Below are positions 1-10,163 of a DNA stretch of 64,000 nucleotides, in pieces. Below the pieces are notes generated by a model. The model was given only the letters and a program-made list of their open reading frames with translations. It was not told the DNA's origin and searched no databases. Within the stretch, counting starts at the first letter, position 1. Each line of letters opens with the position of its first letter. Origin of the DNA: Burkholderiales bacterium (GTDB taxonomy: Bacteria; Pseudomonadota; Gammaproteobacteria; Burkholderiales; SG8-41); contig JBBQAO010000011.1 in assembly GCA_038316355.1 (NCBI GenBank), forward strand, positions 858 through 64,857. Reading direction: 5' to 3'. The position numbers were made by a program, and so were the translations under genes.

Positions 1-99
1 CGGGAATGGTGTCCGGGTTCATCTCAGTGTGCCGCAAGGAGACAGGCAGGATAAAAGGAAAGTCCGTAGAATAACCGCATTGATTTTTGGACGCATGCC

Positions 100-528
100 A
101 TGCCGGACATCAGCCAGCCACCTTTCCATCTTGCCTTCCCCGTCGATGACCTGGCCCGCGCCCGCGCGTTTTACGGCGGATTGCTGGGCTGTCCCGAGGG
201 GCGCTCATCCCCGGAATGGGTCGATTTCAATTTTTATGGCCACCAGATCGTGGCCCACCTGGCGCCGGGGGAAGTCGGCCATCGCAGCACCGGTGAGGTG
301 GACGGTGACGACGTTCCGGTGCGCCATTTTGGTGCAATCCTGGGCATGGGGGACTGGCAGGCGCTGGCCGACAAACTGGTCAAGGCCGGCACCCAATTCG
401 TGATCGAGCCGCATGTGCGGTTCAAAGGCCAGGTCGGGGAACAGGCGACGATGTTTTTTCTCGATCCCTGCGGCAATGCGCTCGAATTCAAGGCATTCCA
501 GGACATGTCGCAGGTGTTTGCCAAATAG
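100..528 (+). CDS. VOC (glyoxalase/bleomycin-resistance/dioxygenase) family protein
   Basis: 142-aa ORF. The N-terminal [23 protein letters not shown] pattern is typical of the vicinal-oxygen-chelate fold. Confidence 0.65.
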   Translation: MPDISQPPFHLAFPVDDLARARAFYGGLLGCPEGRSSPEWVDFNFYGHQIVAHLAPGEVGHRSTGEVDGDDVPVRHFGAILGMGDWQALADKLVKAGTQFVIEPHVRFKGQVGEQATMFFLDPCGNALEFKAFQDMSQVFAK

Positions 529-639
529 GCCCGCTGCGGCGCAGGGTTGACCGTCACCGGGAATCTTCCTAAACTCAAGACAGACCACAATCTGAATCAA
601 AACCGTAGGTCAAAAATCAACCCGTAGGAGGAGAAAGTC

Positions 640-1602
640 ATGCATCAATTATTCAAGGTTCTGGCACTGGCCGCATGTGCGCTGCTTGCGCTGCCGGCAG
701 CGGCCCAGGAAAAAATCAATCTGTCGATTGCCACCGGCGGTACTGGCGGCGTGTATTACCCCTTGGGCGGCGGCATGGCAAACATATTATCGAAAACCAT
801 ACCCGGCATGACGGCCACAGCTGAAGTCACTGGCGGTTCGGTCGACAACATGCGCCTGATCGGCACCGGCAAGCCGTACATTGCCCTGTCCCAGGCCGAT
901 GCGGTAATCGATGCATACAACGGTGAAGGCAAGTTCAAGGGCACCAAAATCCCGGTGCGCGCGATGATGATGCTCTACACCAACATCATGCATGCGGTGA
1001 CGATCGAAGGTACGGGGATCAACAACATCAATGATCTCAGAGGCAAGCGTGTCTCCACCGGTTCGCCGGGCAGCGCGACGGAAGTGTTCGCATTCCGTGT
1101 GTTGGAGGCGGCAGGCCTTGATCCGCAGAAGGACATGAAGATCGAGCGTCTGGGTGCATCGGAGTCGGCCAACGCGATGAAGGACAAGAAAATCGACGCG
1201 TTTTTCTTCGTGGTCGGCCTGCCGACTTCAGCCGTGACCGATCTCGCGGCCACGCCCGGAGTAAAGATCAAGTTCCTTGATCATGCGAATCTGCTGCCGG
1301 CGATGACCAAGAAAAACGGACCCTTGTACATCGCCGACGTGATTCCGAAAGACACTTACCCGGGCATGACGGTGGACAATCAGGCGACTGCCGTGGCCAA
1401 TCTGCTGGTGGCGAATGCCAACATGAGCGAACAGACGGTTTACAACATCGTCAAGACGATTTTCGACAAGCGGCCCGATCTGATCGCGGTGCATAAAATC
1501 GCGGCGGATATCACGATGGATAAACAAAAACCCGAAGCATCGCCGGTGCCGTGGCATCCGGGTGCCGTGAAGTACTTCAAGGAAAAAGGGCTGAAGTTCT
1601 GA
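640..1602 (+). CDS. TRAP transporter, TAXI-family periplasmic solute-binding protein
   Basis: Signal peptide (ALLALPAAAQ) followed by LSIATGGTGGVYYPLGGGMA, the TAXI hallmark. GGAGGAG Shine-Dalgarno before the ATG. A fused TRAP permease lies downstream. Confidence 0.85.
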   Translation: MHQLFKVLALAACALLALPAAAQEKINLSIATGGTGGVYYPLGGGMANILSKTIPGMTATAEVTGGSVDNMRLIGTGKPYIALSQADAVIDAYNGEGKFKGTKIPVRAMMMLYTNIMHAVTIEGTGINNINDLRGKRVSTGSPGSATEVFAFRVLEAAGLDPQKDMKIERLGASESANAMKDKKIDAFFFVVGLPTSAVTDLAATPGVKIKFLDHANLLPAMTKKNGPLYIADVIPKDTYPGMTVDNQATAVANLLVANANMSEQTVYNIVKTIFDKRPDLIAVHKIAADITMDKQKPEASPVPWHPGAVKYFKEKGLKF

Positions 1603-1621
1603 TTTGTGCCCTGCAGGTCAG

Positions 1622-1648
1622 CCCCGTCCGGCTTCGGACGGGGTTTTT
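1622..1648 (+). terminator. Intrinsic terminator/attenuator between the binding-protein and permease genes
   Basis: CCCCGTCCG-gcttc-CGGACGGGG hairpin followed by TTTTT. Confidence 0.6.
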
Positions 1649-1739
1649 CGTTTCTGGACTTGAAATAATCTTGGCGTGTTCCGGGTGCGTGTCAGGAATG
1701 GCATGACAAATCATAAAAAATCCTGGGCTGGAGGAAATA

Positions 1740-3854
1740 ATGGCTGAAAATTCCATTCCAGAGTCATCACGGGGGGGGGCGGTCCTCAGCGATGAGGCTC
1801 GCAAGCGCGTCGAGGAACTGATCGAGGAGGAAGAGGGCGCCCACAACCGTTATGGCGGCGCGCTTGCGGTGATGCTGACGCTCGCCGCCGTGATCATGTC
1901 GCTGTTCCACCTGTATGCCGCGGTGGAGATTGTTCCGGCATTCAGGCTGCGGCCGATCCATGTCGCATTTGCGCTGACACTGGTATTTCTGCTGTTCCCC
2001 TCAGCGAAACGTTTCCGTCATCGCCTGATGTGGTGGGATGTCATTTTCGCCGTCACTTCGATGGCGATCATCGGCTACATACTGTACTGGGGAGACTTGC
2101 TGGGCGACCGGGCGACCGTCCCGACAATGCTGGATCAGGTCGTCGGCGTTGCGCTGATTCTGCTGATTCTCGAGGCGAACAGAAGAAGTTCGACATGGAT
2201 ACTGCCGTTTATTGTGATGCTGTTTCTCGCCTATGCGCTGTTCGGGCCGCAACTGCCGGCACCGTGGACGCACAAGGGTTACGAAATCGCGCGGCTTACC
2301 GGTGCGTTGTACATGACGCTGGAAGGGATTTTTGGCGTCGCCGTGGACGTGTCCTCCACACTGATCATCCTGTTCACCATTTTCGGGGCCTTTCTGCAGT
2401 ATTCCGGAGCAGGGAAGTTTTTCCTCGATTTTTCGTTTGCGGCGATGGGCGGCAAGCCATCGAGCGCAGGACGCGCGGTGGTGATGTCCTCATTTCTTCT
2501 CGGAGGTCCTTCGGGTTCCGGTGTGGCGACCACGGTGACCATCGGCGCCGTGGCTTATCCGCTGCTCGCCAAGGCGGGTTATGGCAAGGAGGCTGCCGGC
2601 GGCTTGCTGGCGGCGGGTGGCTTGGGGGCGATTCTGTCGCCGCCGGTGCTGGGCGCGGCGGCCTTCCTGATCGCCGAGTTCCTCAGGATCTCGTATCTCG
2701 ACGTGATCCTGATGGCGACGATCCCGACCATCCTGTTTTATCTGGGCATTTTTATCATGGTCGAGATCGATGCGCGCAAATTCAACATGAAGGCGGTCGC
2801 CCTCGAGAAGCATCATCGCCCCCTGGAACTGGCCAAGCGCTACTGGTACCACTTTGTGTCGCTGGTATCGATCGTGGTTTTCCTGCTCGTCGGCTATTCA
2901 CCGGTGCTGTCCGTGTTCTATGCCACCCTCGTGACCGCGCTGGTTTCGTTCTTCCGGAGAGACTCAGCGCTGATCCCCTACGACTGGTTCTGCGGTCGCA
3001 TGCCCTGGATCAGGGGGTTCTGGGAATCCGGGTTCATCAAGGCACTGGAAGGTGGTTCGGTCGGCGTACTCAATGTCGCGATGACCTGCGCTTCTGCCGG
3101 CATCATCGTCGGCGTGGTGACATTGACCGGGCTGGGGCTGAAGTTCAGTTCCATCGTGCTGGACTACGCCGATTCCGGTTCGAAAGGGCTGGTCAGCCTG
3201 TGGGTGATGTTCGGCGCGACCGCAACACCCGAATTGCTGCATGACATGAAGCTGCTGCTGACGGCGTTCTTCACTTCGCTGATTGTGTGGGTGGTCGGGC
3301 TGGCCGTGCCCGTAACCGCGTCGTACATCATCTGTGCGGTGATCACCGCGCCGGCGATGATCAAGCTCGGGGTTCCGGATTTTGCCGCGCACATGTTTAT
3401 TTTTTACTATGCCGTATTGTCGGAAGTGTCGCCGCCCACCGCGCTGTCGCCGTTTGCCGCGGCGGCGATTACCGGTGGCGGCCCGTACCGCACGACGCTA
3501 CAGAGCTGGAAATACTGCGCACCGGCGTTCCTGCTGCCCTTCATGTTCGTGCTTGACCCGTCGGGCACCGGCTTGCTGCTTGGCGGTTCCTTCAAGAATC
3601 TGGCGGCTGCCGACTGGGGTTCAATCGCGCTGGTGACGGGTACTGCCGCGGTGGGCATTGCCGCGCTGGCCGGCGGCTTGCAGGGCTGGCTGTTCTGCAA
3701 GACCACCGTGCTTGAGCGCTGGATGCTGATGATCGCCGGTCTCGCGCTGGTGTATCCGACGACTTTTGCCGATATCCTCGGGGTCGTGCTGGTCGCCGTG
3801 GTGGTGGTGTTGCAGAAACTGCGGCCGCCGGATAAAAAGACTGTCACGGCATGA
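1740..3854 (+). CDS. TRAP transporter fused permease (TAXI-associated, 4TM+12TM fusion)
   Basis: 704-aa polytopic membrane ORF immediately after the TAXI binding protein. Its stop overlaps the next start (ATGA). Confidence 0.85.
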   Translation: MAENSIPESSRGGAVLSDEARKRVEELIEEEEGAHNRYGGALAVMLTLAAVIMSLFHLYAAVEIVPAFRLRPIHVAFALTLVFLLFPSAKRFRHRLMWWDVIFAVTSMAIIGYILYWGDLLGDRATVPTMLDQVVGVALILLILEANRRSSTWILPFIVMLFLAYALFGPQLPAPWTHKGYEIARLTGALYMTLEGIFGVAVDVSSTLIILFTIFGAFLQYSGAGKFFLDFSFAAMGGKPSSAGRAVVMSSFLLGGPSGSGVATTVTIGAVAYPLLAKAGYGKEAAGGLLAAGGLGAILSPPVLGAAAFLIAEFLRISYLDVILMATIPTILFYLGIFIMVEIDARKFNMKAVALEKHHRPLELAKRYWYHFVSLVSIVVFLLVGYSPVLSVFYATLVTALVSFFRRDSALIPYDWFCGRMPWIRGFWESGFIKALEGGSVGVLNVAMTCASAGIIVGVVTLTGLGLKFSSIVLDYADSGSKGLVSLWVMFGATATPELLHDMKLLLTAFFTSLIVWVVGLAVPVTASYIICAVITAPAMIKLGVPDFAAHMFIFYYAVLSEVSPPTALSPFAAAAITGGGPYRTTLQSWKYCAPAFLLPFMFVLDPSGTGLLLGGSFKNLAAADWGSIALVTGTAAVGIAALAGGLQGWLFCKTTVLERWMLMIAGLALVYPTTFADILGVVLVAVVVVLQKLRPPDKKTVTA

Positions 3855-4378
3855 CGGGGCGGGGACCGCGGGCGGGGCAGACGGAAACCCGGTACGCCAC
3901 GCCGTTCGCCGTTCTGGGCATCGTCACCGACGGCAGAGTGATCACCAGCCTGCGTTATCTGCCGCGCAGCACGCCGCTGGCTGCGCCGCAGGATCGTGTC
4001 GCCGAACGCGCCTGCCGCGAAGTCGAGCGTTATCTGGCGGACCCCGAGTACTGTTTCACGGTAGCCTATCGTCATGACGGCACACCATTCCAGCAGCGGG
4101 TCTGGCGCGAGATTGAAAAACTCGGTGGGAAAAGCAGCGGGAAAAATTGCTCAATAAAAACAATTACTTATGGCGACATGGCGCAGCGATTGCGCAGCGG
4201 TCCCCGGGCTGTCGGCGGCGCTTGCGGTGCCAATCCGGTGCCGCTGATCGTGCCCTGTCATCGGGTGCTGGCGGCCGGCGGCGGTCTGGGCGGATTCATG
4301 GGCGGCAAGGATCCCTTCCCCTTGAGCGTCAAACGCTGGCTGCTGCGGCATGAAGGAATCCTCAAAGCCGATCATTGA
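3851..4378 (+). CDS. ogt: Methylated-DNA--protein-cysteine methyltransferase
   Basis: PCHRV active-site motif (VPLIVPCHRVL), RAVGGACGANP, and a C-terminal WLLRHEG. Confidence 0.85.
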   Translation: MTGRGPRAGQTETRYATPFAVLGIVTDGRVITSLRYLPRSTPLAAPQDRVAERACREVERYLADPEYCFTVAYRHDGTPFQQRVWREIEKLGGKSSGKNCSIKTITYGDMAQRLRSGPRAVGGACGANPVPLIVPCHRVLAAGGGLGGFMGGKDPFPLSVKRWLLRHEGILKADH

Positions 4379-5249
4379 CGCGTTCTGCGATGCGTTGTGG
4401 CTGGAGGACGGCCTGGCGCGCAACACACTCGACAGTTATCGCCGCGATCTGCAGCAGTTCGCCGCCTGGCTCGAACAACGCAGCAGCACCGGTTTGTTCG
4501 CCGCCGACCAGGCCTTGATCCAGGATTATCTGGCGCACAAATTCCGCAGCAAGGCGCGCGCGTCCACCGCGGCGCGGCTGCTGTCGACGTTAAAACGGTT
4601 CTATCGCCACGCGCTGCGCCAGAATACGATCAAGGCGGACCCGACGCTGCGCATCGACGCACCGAAACTGCCGCGCCCGTTGCCGAAAACGCTGACCGAA
4701 GCGGATGTCGAAAGTCTGCTTGCGGCACCGGCACTGGATCAGCCGCTGGGCCTGCGCGACCGGGCGATGCTGGAGGTAATCTATGCCAGCGGCCTGCGCG
4801 TGTCCGAACTGGTGACACTGAAAGTGCCCCAGATCAGCCGCGACATGGGTGTGGTGCGGGTGATGGGCAAGGGCTCCAAGGAGCGGCTGGTGCCGCTGGG
4901 TGAGGAGGCGCTGTCCTGGCTCGAGCGTTATCTGAAAGAAGCACGGCCGGTGCTGCTCGGTGAAAGAACCAGCGACGCGTTGTTCGTCACCACACGCGCC
5001 GCGGTGATGACGCGGCAGGCGTTCTGGCATTTGCTTAAACGTTATGCGCTGCAGGCGGGGCTCAGCAAACCGATTTCGCCGCACACGCTGCGCCATGCCT
5101 TTGCCACGCATCTGCTGAATCACGGCGCCGATCTGCGTGTGGTGCAACTGCTGCTGGGTCATGCAGATATCTCAACGACGCAGATTTATACCCATGTCGC
5201 GCAGGAAAGGATGAAGCAGTTGCATGCAAAGCACCATCCGCGGGGGTGA
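4350..5249 (+). CDS. xerD: Site-specific tyrosine recombinase XerD
   Basis: Collinear with E. coli XerD as I recall it: FCDALWLEDGLARNTL, GKGSKERLVPLGEEA, LRHAFATHLLNHGADLRVVQLLLGHADISTTQIYTHV. Confidence 0.9.
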   Translation: MKESSKPIIDAFCDALWLEDGLARNTLDSYRRDLQQFAAWLEQRSSTGLFAADQALIQDYLAHKFRSKARASTAARLLSTLKRFYRHALRQNTIKADPTLRIDAPKLPRPLPKTLTEADVESLLAAPALDQPLGLRDRAMLEVIYASGLRVSELVTLKVPQISRDMGVVRVMGKGSKERLVPLGEEALSWLERYLKEARPVLLGERTSDALFVTTRAAVMTRQAFWHLLKRYALQAGLSKPISPHTLRHAFATHLLNHGADLRVVQLLLGHADISTTQIYTHVAQERMKQLHAKHHPRG

Positions 5250-5315
5250 AAAAACAGTGCGGAATGCGGAGAGCAGTGCGCGGAGCGGAAACCGGCACCG
5301 CGTTGCGATATGGCG

Positions 5316-5672
5316 TCAGGTTCTTTGGCCGCGTTCTATGCTGATGCCGAGTTTTTTTACGCCGGCGAGCGGCGTGAGTTTGGCGATGCTGACGCGCAGC
5401 CACGGCGCCTTGAAATCCTTGATCACCATGCCGGCAATCGATTCGGCCGCATGTTCCAGCAATGAAAAATGCTGCTCCGCAAAGAGTTGTTTGATGGCGG
5501 CGACGACTTTTGCGTAATCGATGGTGTCTTCAATGCGGTTGCTGTCGGCCGCATGTTTGCCGCGCAGGCCGATTTCGAGGTCGAGCTGTATGGTTTGTGG
5601 CGCCTGCTGCTCCCAGGCGTAAATGCCGATGCGGGTTTCGATGCGCAGTTCGCTGATGAATATGGTGTCCAT
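5316..5672 (-). CDS. folB: Dihydroneopterin aldolase
   Basis: MDTIFISELRIETRIGIYAWEQ..PQ..DLE pattern. Start moved to the internal Met of ORF 5316..5696. Confidence 0.8.
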   Translation of the reverse strand: MDTIFISELRIETRIGIYAWEQQAPQTIQLDLEIGLRGKHAADSNRIEDTIDYAKVVAAIKQLFAEQHFSLLEHAAESIAGMVIKDFKAPWLRVSIAKLTPLAGVKKLGISIERGQRT

Positions 5673-5743
5673 GTGCGGCAAGGGTGTCCGAAACAACGGG
5701 TCCGGTTGGGCTAAAATGACCGCGCCATTCTAGGGGAAATCAT

Positions 5744-6343
5744 TTGGCGTTACTAATCGTTGTGGTTACAGCGTACCTGATCGGCTCGGTTTCTTTTGCG
5801 GTGGTCGTCAGTCGCGCATTCCGGCTGCCGGATCCGCGCGAATACGGTTCAGGTAATCCGGGTGCGACCAATGTGCTGCGCAGTGGGCGCAAATCAGCGG
5901 CGGCGCTGACTTTGCTCGGTGACAGCGTCAAGGGCTGGCTTGCAGTATTTGTTGCCGGGCAGTGGATCACCGAGGGCACGGCAATGGCGATGGCGCTCGC
6001 TGCGGTGGCGGTGATCCTCGGCCACATGTATCCACTGTTCCATCGTTTTCAGGGCGGTAAAGGCGTGGCGACTGCTTTGGGTGCGCTGCTGGCGCTGAGT
6101 CCGTACCTCGCGCTGGGCGTGCTCGCCACCTGGATCACCATCGCGGTGTTTTTTCGTTACTCCTCGCTCGCCGCGTTGATATCCGCGGTCTTCAGCGTGT
6201 TTTTCGCCTTGTTATTGTTTAACGCGGCACATCCGTTTTTCTTTGCCGTGACGGTGATCGCAGTGCTGCTGATCTGGCGTCATCGTTCAAACATCCGCAA
6301 TTTGCTCAATGGCAGGGAAAGCAAGCTCGGCGCCAGGATTTAA
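5744..6343 (+). CDS. plsY: Glycerol-3-phosphate acyltransferase PlsY
   Basis: YLIGSVSFAVVVSR and GSGNPGATNVLR motifs in a 199-aa membrane protein. TTG start. Confidence 0.9.
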   Translation: MALLIVVVTAYLIGSVSFAVVVSRAFRLPDPREYGSGNPGATNVLRSGRKSAAALTLLGDSVKGWLAVFVAGQWITEGTAMAMALAAVAVILGHMYPLFHRFQGGKGVATALGALLALSPYLALGVLATWITIAVFFRYSSLAALISAVFSVFFALLLFNAAHPFFFAVTVIAVLLIWRHRSNIRNLLNGRESKLGARI

Positions 6344-7360
6344 TCAGGCTTGCTGCAGACTGGCCAGATCCCAGCGCGGACGCACGGTAAACCCCGGATT
6401 TTTTTCGTGAGCCCCCCGCTGCAAACGCAGCGCGCCGGCAAAAGCGATCATCGCGCCGTTGTCGGTGCAGAACTCGAACGGCGGGTAATACACCGTGCAG
6501 CCGAGGCGTTGCGCGGCTGCACTCAATAACGCGCGCAGCCGACGGTTGGCGCCGACGCCGCCGGCGACGACCAATCGTGTCAGACCGGTTTGTTCAATCG
6601 CTGCGATGGACTTGCCAACCAGCACGTCTACGATGGCCGCCTGCAGTTCGGCGGCAAGATCGGCGCGCGCTTGTGTATCCGATGGCAGAGTGCGTACCGC
6701 GGTGAGCACCGCAGTTTTGAGGCCGCTGAAACTGAAGTCAAGGTTGTCACTGCGCAGCATCGGCCGCGGCAAGGGGTATTTGCCAGCATGGCCGGATTCG
6801 GCGAGCGCGGCGATCGCCGGGCCGCCGGGGTAACCGAGAGCCAGCAGTTTTGCTGATTTGTCGAAGGCCTCGCCAGCAGCGTCGTCCAGGGTTTCGCCGA
6901 GCAGCGTGTAGTCGCCGACCCCGCCCACCCGCATCAACTGGGTGTGGCCGCCGGAAACCAGTAACGCGACAAACGGGAACTGCGGGGCAGGATCGGCCAG
7001 CAGCGGCGACAGCAGATGGCCTTCGAGGTGGTGGATGCCGATCGCGGGGATGCCCAAGGCATAGGCAAGGCTGGTGCCGACCCCAGCGCCGACCAGCAGC
7101 GCGCCGGCCAACCCGGGGCCGGCGGTATAGGCCACGGCGTCGAGTTCGCCCAGGGTTGCGCCGGCTTCGCGCAGCACGTCCCGGGTCAGCGGCAAAACCC
7201 GGCGGATGTGGTCGCGGGAGGCCAGTTCCGGCACCACTCCGCCATAATCGGCGTGCAAGGCCACCTGGGAGTGCAGGGCATGGGCGCGCAGGCCGCGCCC
7301 GGTGTCATAAAGGGCGATGCCGGTTTCGTCGCAGGAGGTTTCGATGCCTAGTACAAGCAC
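6344..7360 (-). CDS. tsaD: tRNA N6-adenosine threonylcarbamoyltransferase TsaD
   Basis: [39 protein letters not shown]. Confidence 0.95.
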   Translation of the reverse strand: MLVLGIETSCDETGIALYDTGRGLRAHALHSQVALHADYGGVVPELASRDHIRRVLPLTRDVLREAGATLGELDAVAYTAGPGLAGALLVGAGVGTSLAYALGIPAIGIHHLEGHLLSPLLADPAPQFPFVALLVSGGHTQLMRVGGVGDYTLLGETLDDAAGEAFDKSAKLLALGYPGGPAIAALAESGHAGKYPLPRPMLRSDNLDFSFSGLKTAVLTAVRTLPSDTQARADLAAELQAAIVDVLVGKSIAAIEQTGLTRLVVAGGVGANRRLRALLSAAAQRLGCTVYYPPFEFCTDNGAMIAFAGALRLQRGAHEKNPGFTVRPRWDLASLQQA

Positions 7361-7412
7361 GGGTTTCTGGCCGGGGCGGGTAGGGTCGGGCTGGCAGCGG
7401 TGTTCCGGGCCC

Positions 7413-7441
7413 TGTAAATCCGGGCTGGATCTGGTTATAAT
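7413..7441 (+). promoter_or_regulatory. Candidate sigma70 promoter for rpsU
   Basis: Perfect TATAAT at 7436-7441. Weak -35 (TGTAAA, 7413-7418) with a 17-bp spacer. Confidence 0.4.
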
Positions 7442-7505
7442 ACGCGCCTTTCCGATTTCATCTGCTGAATTCCGGCAGGATAGATCAGGGTATTTGAGGG
7501 ATTAC

Positions 7506-7718
7506 ATGACGACAGTACGCGTAAAAGAAAATGAACCGTTTGAAGTGGCCCTGCGCCGTTTCAAGCGCACCGTGGAAAAAACCGGGCTGCTGACCGAATT
7601 GCGTGCCCGCGAGTTCTACGAAAAACCGACCTCCGAGCGCAAGCGCAAGCTGGCCGCCGCAGTGAAGCGCACGTATAAACGCCTGCGTTCACAACTGCTG
7701 CCGCCGAAGCTCTACTAA
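7506..7718 (+). CDS. rpsU: 30S ribosomal protein S21
   Basis: 70 aa, [42 protein letters not shown]. This is the internal start of ORF 7317..7718. Confidence 0.95.
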   Translation: MTTVRVKENEPFEVALRRFKRTVEKTGLLTELRAREFYEKPTSERKRKLAAAVKRTYKRLRSQLLPPKLY

Positions 7719-7796
7719 GTCCGGCGCGCCGTTCAGGCCGTCAAAGGGTGCAGGGGCTTCAGCCTCGCACCCTTTTGTCATTTCTGGAGCCCATCC

Positions 7797-8246
7797 ATGT
7801 CCCTTCGTGAACAGATCAACGACGACCTCAAGGCGGCAATGCGCAGCGCCGACGTTGCGCGCCGCGACACCATCCGCCTGCTGCTGGCTGCGCTGAAGCA
7901 GCGTGAAGTCGATGAGCGCAAGACGCTGACCGACGCCGACGTGCTGGGCATTATCGAAAAGATGCTCAAGCAGCGCCGCGACTCAATCACCCAGTTCGAG
8001 CAGGGCGGCCGCCAGGATCTGGCCGACAAGGAAAAGCAGGAGCTCGGTCTGTTACAGGCCTATATGCCGCAGGCCCTGGGTGCTGATGAAATCGCTGCGG
8101 CTGTTGCTGCGGCCGTCGCCGAGGCCGGCGCGGTCGCGCCGTCCGACATGGGCAAGGTGATGGCGGTGCTGAAACCGAAGCTGGCCGGGCGCGCCGACAT
8201 GTCACAAGTATCGGCTGCGGTCAAAGCGCATCTCACCAAATCATAG
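7797..8246 (+). CDS. GatB/YqeY domain-containing protein
   Basis: MSLREQINDDLKAAMRS.D..RRDTIRLLLAALKQ pattern, and the conserved position between rpsU and dnaG. Confidence 0.85.
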   Translation: MSLREQINDDLKAAMRSADVARRDTIRLLLAALKQREVDERKTLTDADVLGIIEKMLKQRRDSITQFEQGGRQDLADKEKQELGLLQAYMPQALGADEIAAAVAAAVAEAGAVAPSDMGKVMAVLKPKLAGRADMSQVSAAVKAHLTKS

Positions 8247-8249
8247 TTC

Positions 8250-8285
8250 GTTGTTTTTGTGGTTGTTTTTGTGGTTGTTTTTGCC
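8250..8285. repeat. Three tandem copies of a 12-bp T-rich unit (GTTGTTTTTGTG)
   Basis: Read directly: gttgtttttgtg gttgtttttgtg gttgtttttgcc, just after the yqeY stop. Confidence 0.8.
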
Positions 8286-8402
8286 GGCTTTGTCTACGGG
8301 TGTCACTGCCGTCGCTGACGCAGCGCGCTACCCTATAATTCCCTGATTGCCACGGCCCGCCAGTGGGCCGCCGGTTCCCGAGTGGAGCAAGTTGCCGCGC
8401 GC

Positions 8403-10163
8403 ATGATTCCGCAGTCGTTCATCCAGGATTTGCTCGGCCGGGTCGACGTCGTCGAAGTGGTCGATCGCCACGTGAAGTTGAAACGCAGCGGCGCCAATTA
8501 TTCAGCCTGCTGTCCCTTCCACACCGAAAAATCCCCGTCCTTTACCGTCAGCCCGACCAAACAGTTCTATCACTGCTTCGGTTGTGGCGCGCACGGCACT
8601 GCCATCGGTTTCATGATGGAGTACAGCGGCATGGGTTTTGTCGATGCGGTGAAGGATCTCGCACAAAGCGTCGGCATGCAGGTGCCGGAAGAGGCCCGCT
8701 CGGAGTACACCCAGCGCCGTGCCGAAGAAGGCCCGGATCTGTACGGTGTGCTGCTGCAGGCGGCGCAGTTCTACCGCAACCAGCTGAAGGACGCGCCGCA
8801 GGCGATTGAATACCTGAAGCGTCGTGGCCTGTCGGGAGAAATCGCCAAGCATTTCGGCATCGGTTATGCGCCCGACGGCTGGCAGAACCTCGAACAGGTG
8901 TTCCCCGATTACGCCGACAAGTCGCTGAATGTCGCGGGGCTGGTGAAGCAGAACGAGGAGGGCCGGCGTTACGACGTGTTCCGCGACCGCATCATGTTTC
9001 CGATTGTCGACGTCAAAGGCAACATCATCGGTTTCGGCGGGCGTGTGCTCGGCGATGGCGAACCGAAATACCTGAACTCTCCAGAAACACCGGTGTTCGA
9101 AAAGGGCCGTGAACTCTATGGCCTGTTCCATGCGCGGCGCGCAATCCGCGATGCTGCTTGCGTGATCGTGGTCGAAGGCTACATGGACGTGGTGGCGCTG
9201 GCGCAGGCGGAGGTCGGGTACGCGGTGGCGACGCTGGGTACTGCGACCACGCCGAACCATGTGCAGAAACTGCTGCGCCAGTCGGACGAGATCGTGTTTT
9301 GTTTCGACGGTGACGCTGCCGGCCGTCGCGCAGCATGGCGGGCGCTGGAGAACAGCCTCACGCAACTGGTCGACGGCAAGCAACTGCGCTTCCTGTTCCT
9401 GCCCGATGGCGAGGATCCCGATACCTATGTGCGAGCGAATGGCAAGGCCGCGTTCGAAGCTCTGCTCGCCAAGGCGCAACCGCTGTCGCGGTTTCTGATC
9501 GATGAATTGCGCTCGAATGTCGATAGCCATACTTCCGAAGGTCGCGCCAAGCTGATGCAGCAGGCGAAACCGCTGGTCAAACAGATTGCCGCGCCGATGT
9601 TGTCGCTGCTGATCCGCAAGGAACTGGCGCAACTGGTTGGAGTGTCGCAGCAGGAACTCGACGCGAATTTTGAAATCAGGACACAGGCTGCTCCAGCACC
9701 GGCCCGGCGTGCAGCGCCGGTGACGCAGTCGATTCTGCGCACGGCGCTCGAACTGCTGATTGTGGAGCCGCGGTTTGCTGCGCTGATCAAGCGCGGAGAT
9801 CTGGCCGAGGCTGTGGATGTTCCCGGCGTGGATCAAGGGGATCTGCTGGCGCTGGACGCGGCGCTGGAAGTTGTCGGCAGCGGCGAGGTGCTGGTCAGTC
9901 TGGGCGAGGTATTTCGCGGTTCGCCGCATGAGGCGGCGGTCCGGCAGGCGGAGGCCGGGGCCTTGCGCTGGCAGGATCGGACACTGGAACCGGGGGAGTT
10001 TGAGGCGGAGTTCCGCGGGGCCTGGGATCAGGCTATGGTGTTGATTCGTAAGGCCAGAATCAATGCGTTGTTGGAAAAATCCAAACGCCAAGGCTGGAAT
10101 TCTGATGAACAAGCACAATATCGTCTTTTGCAACAAGCACTTAACGTACCAGCCAGCAAGTGA
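8403..10163 (+). CDS. dnaG: DNA primase
   Basis: Zinc-ribbon CCPFHTEKSPSFTVSPTKQFYHCFGCGAHG, and Toprim EGYMDVVAL / FDGDAAGRRAA. Start taken at MIPQSF. Confidence 0.95.
   Translation: MIPQSFIQDLLGRVDVVEVVDRHVKLKRSGANYSACCPFHTEKSPSFTVSPTKQFYHCFGCGAHGTAIGFMMEYSGMGFVDAVKDLAQSVGMQVPEEARSEYTQRRAEEGPDLYGVLLQAAQFYRNQLKDAPQAIEYLKRRGLSGEIAKHFGIGYAPDGWQNLEQVFPDYADKSLNVAGLVKQNEEGRRYDVFRDRIMFPIVDVKGNIIGFGGRVLGDGEPKYLNSPETPVFEKGRELYGLFHARRAIRDAACVIVVEGYMDVVALAQAEVGYAVATLGTATTPNHVQKLLRQSDEIVFCFDGDAAGRRAAWRALENSLTQLVDGKQLRFLFLPDGEDPDTYVRANGKAAFEALLAKAQPLSRFLIDELRSNVDSHTSEGRAKLMQQAKPLVKQIAAPMLSLLIRKELAQLVGVSQQELDANFEIRTQAAPAPARRAAPVTQSILRTALELLIVEPRFAALIKRGDLAEAVDVPGVDQGDLLALDAALEVVGSGEVLVSLGEVFRGSPHEAAVRQAEAGALRWQDRTLEPGEFEAEFRGAWDQAMVLIRKARINALLEKSKRQGWNSDEQAQYRLLQQALNVPASK

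Noticed and set aside
1-99. Possible 5' end of a minus-strand gene running off the left edge (ATG complement near 22)
   Set aside because: Only about 7 codons are visible, which is not enough to support any call.
4350-5249. Tyrosine recombinase as a marker of a prophage or integrative element
   Set aside because: From memory, the sequence is collinear with housekeeping XerD. Its neighbours are core genes (ogt, folB, plsY). I see no att-like repeats, phage genes or transposase genes.
8502-10136. 544-aa minus-strand ORF opposite dnaG (also 10514..12109 opposite rpoD, 12784..14025, 15845..16999 and 17813..19159)
   Set aside because: These are antisense shadow ORFs in GC-rich sequence. The sense strands encode primase, sigma70, an AI-2E permease, Bug/Qor and a kinase, all with diagnostic motifs.
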